From an uncultured Actinomycetes bacterium (lineage in GTDB: Bacteria; Actinomycetota; Actinomycetes; Nanopelagicales; Nanopelagicaceae): a stretch of DNA of 64,000 nt. Positions 58,533-64,000 of the stretch are shown here, piece after piece. The stretch is from the NCBI GenBank assembly GCA_903902965.1, contig CAIUXE010000102.1, positions 1,803 to 65,802 on the forward strand. Reading direction: 5' to 3'. Within the stretch, counting starts at the first letter, position 1. Each line of letters opens with the position of its first letter. Made by a program: the position numbers and the translations under genes. The notes beneath the pieces are model-generated. The model searched no databases, was not told the origin of the DNA, and was given only the letters and a program-made list of their open reading frames with translations.

Positions 58533-59024
58533 GTGCAAAAACTAGTTAAAGCAGCTACCGCAACATTGGCACTATCCGCACTTCTTCTTTTAAGTGGTTG
58601 TGGCGCTGGCCCAGATGCACAAACGCGCTTAAGTTCTCAACTTACTGATGGCATCGAAGCAAATATTGGCGATCTTCGAATGGTAAATGTACTTCTTGTG
58701 GCACAAGCTGATGGAAGTGCTGTACTTGTTGGTACGGTTGTTAATAATGGAATGACAGCTGATCGAGTCGGTGGAATAAATGCAAACGGTATTGAAGCAA
58801 CATTAACTCCTTTTGCTCCAGCACTGAATATTGGTGACAAAGCCGTATTTTCTGGAGATAGTGCAAATGCAATTGCAGTATTCCCTGGATTGAATGCGAA
58901 AATTGGCGATCGAGTTCCAGTTGAATTTACTTTCTCAAGATCCGGCAAATTAAAGGTAGATCTTTTGGTCCGCGAAAAAAGTGCAGAGTTTGCTTCTGTT
59001 AGCGGATCACCTTTAACTAATTAA
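58533..59024 (+). CDS. lipoprotein (mycobacterial LpqE-like position)
   Basis: 163 aa, GTG start with AAGGAG upstream. Lipobox LLLLSGC. Divergent from carD, as lpqE is in M. tuberculosis. Confidence 0.6.
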   Translation: MQKLVKAATATLALSALLLLSGCGAGPDAQTRLSSQLTDGIEANIGDLRMVNVLLVAQADGSAVLVGTVVNNGMTADRVGGINANGIEATLTPFAPALNIGDKAVFSGDSANAIAVFPGLNAKIGDRVPVEFTFSRSGKLKVDLLVREKSAEFASVSGSPLTN

Positions 59025-59029
59025 ATTGC

Positions 59030-59707
59030 TTAACCTAAGAATTTATAACCAAGTCCACGCACGGTCTCGATCATTTCAGGATTAGCGGGATCCTGCTCAA
59101 TTTTTGCGCGTAGCCGCTTCACGTGCACATCTAGCGTTTTCGTATCTCCGACGTAATCACTGCCCCAGACTCGATCAATGAGCTGAATTCTGGTGAGAAC
59201 TCTTCCTGAATTACGCATTAAAAATTCCAGCAACTCAAACTCTTTCAAAGGAAGTGAAATTGCAACATTGTCAACACTCACAATATGGCGTTCGATATCC
59301 ATCCGAACGTTACCTCCAACAAGCACTCCGTTTACTTCATCTGGTTCTTCTTGTCGGCGTAGTACAGCGCGAACTCGAGCAATTAACTCTCTTGAGGAAT
59401 AAGGCTTAGTTACGTAATCATCGGCACCAAGTTCAAGTCCAACGACTTTATCTACCTCAGTATCTTTGGCAGTTAACATGATGATTGGAACTTGCGAGCG
59501 AGTACGAATCTGACGGCAAACCTCTGTTCCATTTAAACCTGGGAGCATCAAATCCAACAGAATCAAATCTGCGCCACCTTTTTCAAACTCTGCAATCGCC
59601 TTAGGGCCAGTGTCAGCTATAACTGTCTCAAACCCCTCCTTTTGCAGCAAGAAAGCAAGGGCATCAGAAAATGAATCTTCGTCCTCGACTACCAATATTT
59701 TTGTCAT
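59030..59707 (-). CDS. phoP: OmpR/PhoB-family response regulator (PhoP/RegX3-type)
   Basis: 225 aa. Receiver domain (ILVVEDE..., LLDLMLPG) and winged helix ending RGLGYKF. ATGA overlap with the kinase gene; phoU is divergent. Confidence 0.85.
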   Translation of the reverse strand: MTKILVVEDEDSFSDALAFLLQKEGFETVIADTGPKAIAEFEKGGADLILLDLMLPGLNGTEVCRQIRTRSQVPIIMLTAKDTEVDKVVGLELGADDYVTKPYSSRELIARVRAVLRRQEEPDEVNGVLVGGNVRMDIERHIVSVDNVAISLPLKEFELLEFLMRNSGRVLTRIQLIDRVWGSDYVGDTKTLDVHVKRLRAKIEQDPANPEMIETVRGLGYKFLG

Positions 59708-60780
59708 GAGGGCTCCTTAGTTGTTGGTTCGTTTTTAATAAGTGGTAAGCGCAAGGTGAAGGAACTTCCTTCGCCAATTTGACTCCATACAGAAACATCT
59801 CCACCATGATTTGCGACTACATGTTTTACTATCGAAAGTCCTAACCCGGTCCCACCAGTTTCCCTGGATCTGGCTGGATCTACTCGGTAAAATCTTTCAA
59901 ATATTCGCAGTTGCTCGCGCTCGGCTATTCCAATTCCCTGATCTTTAACAACTATCTCAACAAGATTATCAATTGCTCTTGTGGAGATGGCTACTTTTGT
60001 TTTGTCAGGGCTGTAATTAATTGCATTTTCAATTAAGTTATGCAAAGCCATAACTAATTGCTCACGATCACCAAGCACTGGGGCATAAGTTTCTGAATCA
60101 AGCGATATAGAAATTCCACGGGCTTCGGAATTGGTTTGACTTTGAGCCACTGCCGTTTCAATTACAGATGAAATATCGACAGGTAATGCATCAGTAAGTG
60201 GATCAGTATCTTGCAATCGTGAAAGTGAAATGATTTGTTGAACCAATTCGGTTAAGCGATTTGCCGTTTCACCCATTTTGTTTGCAAAATGCCTGACCAT
60301 CGCAGGATCGTCACTTGCTTGCATAACTGCTTCGCTCAAAATAGATAAAGCACCAATTGGAGTTTTTAACTCATGGGAGATGTTGGCCACGAAATCTCGT
60401 CTGACATTATCAATTCGATCTGCTTCACTAACGTCATCTGCCAAAATTAAAACTAGTCCATCTTTTCCTAGTGGCGTAACTTTAACTAATAAGTTTTTTA
60501 TACCTTCACCAACAGGTCCACGTGGGATTTCTATATTTCCTTCTTGTGATTGATCGGTGCGGCGAACAACGCGAATTAACGCGAGGAGCTCTTCGCTAAG
60601 TAATCGACCATCAGTCATTAATCCAATCTGCAAAGCAGGCGCTGATGCATACAAAATCGAATTTCCTGGGGCTAAAACGATTACAGATGAATCCAAGGTC
60701 TCTAGGACGTCCATCGCAGCACGAGGAAGTATCCCGCCAGAGTCCTCTACCTTGTTTAATCTGCGCCGGGCTAATCCCAT
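59704..60780 (-). CDS. phoR: sensor histidine kinase (PhoR/SenX3-type), no predicted TM segment
   Basis: 358 aa with H-box ANISHELKTP, N-box LIENAINYS and G-boxes DQGIGI / GGTGLGLSIV. The N-terminal 130 aa or so look PAS-like and hydrophilic. Confidence 0.85.
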   Translation of the reverse strand: MGLARRRLNKVEDSGGILPRAAMDVLETLDSSVIVLAPGNSILYASAPALQIGLMTDGRLLSEELLALIRVVRRTDQSQEGNIEIPRGPVGEGIKNLLVKVTPLGKDGLVLILADDVSEADRIDNVRRDFVANISHELKTPIGALSILSEAVMQASDDPAMVRHFANKMGETANRLTELVQQIISLSRLQDTDPLTDALPVDISSVIETAVAQSQTNSEARGISISLDSETYAPVLGDREQLVMALHNLIENAINYSPDKTKVAISTRAIDNLVEIVVKDQGIGIAEREQLRIFERFYRVDPARSRETGGTGLGLSIVKHVVANHGGDVSVWSQIGEGSSFTLRLPLIKNEPTTKEPS

Positions 60781-60851
60781 ACCTATATCGTAGAGAGTCC
60801 CAGCCGCTATCTATTCAAAATTTACTTTACATTCAGGTAAAAGAAAATAAT

Positions 60852-60884
60852 GTTCAGGACGAGTTCAGCCAATGTTCACTAATG
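60852..60884 (+). promoter_or_regulatory. PHO-box-like array: three 11-nt direct repeats
   Basis: GTTCAGGACGA GTTCAGCCAAT GTTCACTAATG, with cores at 60852, 60863 and 60874 (exact 11-nt phasing). Lies in the phoR/phoU divergent intergenic region. Confidence 0.65.
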
Positions 60885-60922
60885 CCCTTCCTCTGAGCTC
60901 TATTCCAAAGTAAAGTGCGTCC

Positions 60923-61573
60923 ATGCGCGATGCCTTTCATGAAGAGTTAGATGCCATAAATAACAAAATGGTCGAATTGAGCCACAGAGTAAATAAGGCT
61001 ATAGAGCAAGCCACGCATGCACTTTTGACTGCCGACCTTGCCCTCGCTGAACAAGTGATCGCCGAAGATAATCAAATTGATGAGATCCAACATGCACTTG
61101 ATGCGCAGACAATTGACTTGATGGCAAGACAACAACCTGTAGCAAGCGACCTGCGTGCTCTGGTTGTATCTTTGCGAATGAGTGCGGACCTTGAGCGTAT
61201 GGGAGATCTTGCACACCACATCGCTAAATCCGCACGTATGCGCTTTCCTGCAACCGCAGTGCCACCAGAACTTTTATTAACTATCCAAGAGATGGGCGCT
61301 GCTGCTGCAAAGATTTGTAAAAAAACTAGCACCGTGATTTCAAGCAGAGATACCGTTTTGGCCCTTGAGCTAGAAAAAGATGATGACGAACTTGATCATC
61401 TGCATCGCAAACTTTTTATTGCATTACTTGATCCTGCATGGCCACATGGAATTGAAACTGCGATCGACATGACGCTAATCGGCAGATACTACGAACGATT
61501 TGGCGACCATGCGGTTTCGATTTCGCGTCGTGTTTATTTCATGGTTACTGGAGAGTACGCCAAAAAGAGCTAA
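60923..61573 (+). CDS. phoU: phosphate signalling complex protein PhoU
   Basis: 216 aa, two PhoU repeats (for example ADLERMGDLAHHIAK and GRYYERFGDHAVSI). Confidence 0.9.
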   Translation: MRDAFHEELDAINNKMVELSHRVNKAIEQATHALLTADLALAEQVIAEDNQIDEIQHALDAQTIDLMARQQPVASDLRALVVSLRMSADLERMGDLAHHIAKSARMRFPATAVPPELLLTIQEMGAAAAKICKKTSTVISSRDTVLALELEKDDDELDHLHRKLFIALLDPAWPHGIETAIDMTLIGRYYERFGDHAVSISRRVYFMVTGEYAKKS

Positions 61574-61574
61574 C

Positions 61575-62234
61575 TTACTTTCCACTTACTTTAAATCTAA
61601 ACAAAAGTGTGTTATCAATTTTTAAATCTTCGCCCCAAATTAATTTCGCTTTTTCATCCCAATTTATCTCAAGGTATCCATCTTTCACGCCAACTTCAGA
61701 TTCTGAGTATTCACGTGCAAACAGCCATTTACTATCCTTAAAAGAACTCTTGGACCAATTTAATGGAACTGATTTTTCAATAAATTTACAATCTCGTACG
61801 GGATCATTTGATGTAACACACTCGCTATTTAAAGGAGCCTGTTGAATCGCAAGCACCCGCCACTTCTTATTTGTAGTTGAGACAATTTTTCCTGATGCTG
61901 CTTCTTTTATTTGCAAGACTATTCCGCCGTCGCCAATTTGTTGACGATTACTCCCAATGTACTCTAGGCCAGAATCATTCTCTTTAAAGTCTTTGCCAAT
62001 TAATCCAATTGTTAGCGGATAAGTAGCCTTAAAAGTTATTTGCACTGAATTGAAGGATCTTTCAGTTGTTATGGGAACTGAATCCTGGCCGACCATCTTC
62101 CCATTTATATAGAGCGCAAACCAATTATCTGCCCAAACATCTGCCGTAAAAGTAACACTCTTATTTGCTGCATTTACTGGTGTTACTTGAAGTGTTAATA
62201 CTAGAGAAAGTATTAAAAAAATTAATCTTTTCAT
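61575..62234 (-). CDS. secreted hypothetical protein (beta-rich, jelly-roll-like?)
   Basis: 219 aa. Signal peptide MKRLIFLILSLVLTLQVTPVNA/ANK. DVWADNWFALYINGKMVG resembles sugar-binding jelly-roll strands, but no family is assigned. Confidence 0.6.
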   Translation of the reverse strand: MKRLIFLILSLVLTLQVTPVNAANKSVTFTADVWADNWFALYINGKMVGQDSVPITTERSFNSVQITFKATYPLTIGLIGKDFKENDSGLEYIGSNRQQIGDGGIVLQIKEAASGKIVSTTNKKWRVLAIQQAPLNSECVTSNDPVRDCKFIEKSVPLNWSKSSFKDSKWLFAREYSESEVGVKDGYLEINWDEKAKLIWGEDLKIDNTLLFRFKVSGK

Positions 62235-63199
62235 CTTCTTTGATAGCTTTCTTGCACTATTGCACCTGTGCTATCCGTAAATTTCATTTCTACTGACGCT
62301 AGAGTTGTTGAATACTCAATTTTATTTTCTAGTTCATTGACTTTGTACCTTAATGAATAAGAAGCTGTACCTGATTGTTCAAATGCAATTATTTTCGCAC
62401 CCCGCAATGGGGCTCCAGCCTCTCTAAATGGACGAGTCTCCGGCTGTGGTGAAATTTGACCTTCGGCCACTGCCACCACTCCACGCATTCCGCCGTTTAT
62501 ATAAGGATAAGTTTTCGTGCCGTGATAGTGATAATTTTTCTTAGCATCGTAATGTCCATTAAATTCATCAAGTCCTTTTACTGCTTTCCCATCTACTTCT
62601 ACTTCTCCAAATATTGGGAACCCATCTAGTGCATAGGCAATTGGTTTTTTCTTCCCCACAATTTTCTGTAGATGCAGTGGCGCTACGTGATAGTGATAAT
62701 CATCAGCACGCCCACAATGCCCACCCCACTCATCGAGTTCGCCAATTAAATTCGAATCTTCACCGCGATTGTTGAATGCATTAAAAATGGGTATGCCATT
62801 TACCGCTAAAGCGATAGCTCCACGGAAAAGGTTATTTTTGGCGGAGATGGGATTTTTTGAAATTACTGGCTTAACTGGAATCTTCCAAGCATTATCACCT
62901 GTGTAGGGCTGAACAGTTGGGACTTGTTGTTGCCAGTTAGTGATACCAACCATCATATTGTGGCTAGGAATTCCATTTGATTCCACGAGGTAATACTTTC
63001 CAGATTTGAGCGTTTTCACTGATTTTGAAAATGCATCAAAACCAGGGAGCGTACTAGTCGCTGCAAATGAATCATCAATCGCTAGTGAGCTAAGCAACGA
63101 GGCGCCAACCCCTATCCCGAATCCCTTAATTAAAGCTCTTCGAGTTATCTCTGAAGGAAAGGTGATTTCGTGATTACTGTGGTGGAGGTGGTGGACCAT
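62231..63199 (-). CDS. Tat-exported YHYH-motif protein
   Basis: Contains DDYHYHVAP and KNYHYHGTK. Twin-arginine signal SEITRRALIKGFGIGVGA follows MVHHLHHSNHE. I prefer the ATG at 63199 (GAAGGGG 7 nt upstream) over the ORF-track start at 63232. Confidence 0.7.
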   Translation of the reverse strand: MVHHLHHSNHEITFPSEITRRALIKGFGIGVGASLLSSLAIDDSFAATSTLPGFDAFSKSVKTLKSGKYYLVESNGIPSHNMMVGITNWQQQVPTVQPYTGDNAWKIPVKPVISKNPISAKNNLFRGAIALAVNGIPIFNAFNNRGEDSNLIGELDEWGGHCGRADDYHYHVAPLHLQKIVGKKKPIAYALDGFPIFGEVEVDGKAVKGLDEFNGHYDAKKNYHYHGTKTYPYINGGMRGVVAVAEGQISPQPETRPFREAGAPLRGAKIIAFEQSGTASYSLRYKVNELENKIEYSTTLASVEMKFTDSTGAIVQESYQRR

Positions 63200-63770
63200 C
63201 TGTAGCCCCTTCAGGCCTAGTGTAATTAACATTTAGAGTCGCTTTCCCTAATGTTATTTTTGAAATCGCGCTCAAAAGGAGTTCTCGATTAACCGATCCG
63301 GTTGAGGCGTCACCAAGGTTTGCAGATTTTGAAAGTGCATAAAGTGTGTAGGTATAAAGTTTCTCACCTGGACCTTTTGAACACGGTGGTGCATATCCAA
63401 TATTTCTGTTTACGCTATTCCCGCCGATTTTTCCAATAGAAGTACTATTTTTTGGAAGAGATTTTATATTTGTAGGAATATCCCAAATTATCCAATACCA
63501 GTGAGGGGTTTCTGGTCCACCTGGCCCAGTTGGCGGTATGTGCGACATCAATAATGCGAAACTTTTACTTCCTTTAGGAGGGTTGCTCCATCGCAATTCC
63601 GGCGTTGCACTTGCTCCATCGCAGGTGTACTCGGCCGGCAACATTCCTTTTTCTTTAACCACTGGAGATGTAAGCGTAAATTTCTTATTTGCAGCTTGCA
63701 CGCTCGGAGTAATAAAAAAAGAATTTAGGATAAATAAAGCAGTAAGTGCAAGCGCAACTTTTTTTCGCAT
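63174..63770 (-). CDS. secreted PEBP-family (YbhB/YbcL-like) protein
   Basis: 198 aa. Signal peptide ...FFITPSVQA/ANK, PEBP-like MLPAEYTCDGASATPELRWSNPPKGSKSFALLM and HWYWIIWDIP, ends in PPPPPQ. Confidence 0.7.
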   Translation of the reverse strand: MRKKVALALTALFILNSFFITPSVQAANKKFTLTSPVVKEKGMLPAEYTCDGASATPELRWSNPPKGSKSFALLMSHIPPTGPGGPETPHWYWIIWDIPTNIKSLPKNSTSIGKIGGNSVNRNIGYAPPCSKGPGEKLYTYTLYALSKSANLGDASTGSVNRELLLSAISKITLGKATLNVNYTRPEGATDGPPPPPQ

Positions 63771-63849
63771 AGTGAAAGGTAAAGCATTTCATTAGTTTTT
63801 TCTGCTTAAAATTCACAATCTCCGACTATTCACACAAAATTCGCAGAAC

Positions 63850-64000
63850 TTATTTACGCCCTTGATTGGCAACAGCCTCTATTGCCGACTTGGCTGCGGC
63901 CGGATCCAGATATTCGCCGCCATTTGTTATTGGTTTGAAATCATCATCTAGCTCGTACAGCAATGGGATCCCAGTTGGAATATTAAGTGCAGCAATATCC
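63850..64000 (-). CDS. gpmA: 2,3-bisphosphoglycerate-dependent phosphoglycerate mutase, C-terminal part (5' end beyond window)
   Basis: Hand-translated as ...[49 protein letters not shown], which matches the conserved GpmA C-terminus. Confidence 0.8.
   Translation of the reverse strand, partial: DIAALNIPTGIPLLYELDDDFKPITNGGEYLDPAAAKSAIEAVANQGRK

Noticed and set aside
58533-59024. The lipoprotein as a PCu(A)C-type copper chaperone.
   Set aside because: The mature sequence lacks the His/Met-rich copper-binding motif expected for that family. I call it only a lipoprotein in the position of mycobacterial LpqE.

Overview
All product calls come from reading motifs and gene order by eye; no BLAST, HMM, RNA-folding or statistics were run.

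The window looks like core chromosome from a genome-streamlined actinobacterium that is AT-rich for the phylum. That points to a freshwater Nanopelagicales/acI-like lineage, which is an inference only.

Gene order follows conserved Actinobacteria/Mycobacterium blocks:
- pth-rplY-prs-glmU-tRNA-Gln-TetR
- ispE-rsmA-tatD-metG-rsmI-PMT
- sepX/glpR-like, GNAT, glp(MoeA-like), galU, 5-FCL ... FmdB/Ruc-like
- citA / pdxH / serC
- csp, DUF3027, groEL2 (with CIRCE), DUF3263
- rlmB-cysS-ispF-ispD-carD-lipoprotein
- phoRP / phoU ... gpmA

I support about 75 CDS, 3 tRNAs (Gln-TTG, Arg-CCT, Thr-TGT) and a few regulatory sites: CIRCE, PHO-box-like direct repeats, one terminator and structured leaders. I saw no rRNA, CRISPR array, transposase, integrase or phage genes. 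Packing is extreme, with many stop/start overlaps and convergent genes that abut or overlap with no terminator.

The regions most worth a second look are:
1. An overlapping three-gene exported module (PEBP-like, Tat-exported YHYH protein, unknown secreted protein) inserted between phoU and gpmA, with PHO-box-like repeats upstream.
2. The glp/sepX(glpR) division-type cluster, whose MoeA-like protein lacks domain II and has degenerate catalytic motifs.
3. A tandem pair of closely related enolase-superfamily paralogs behind a translationally coupled TetR+MarR pair, inserted into the conserved glmU...ispE block. It is one of four enolase-superfamily loci in the window.
4. A CopC-like protein with no His, Met or Cys in its CopC domain.
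5. A PhoR-type kinase with no transmembrane segment.
6. A multi-hairpin leader upstream of rplY.
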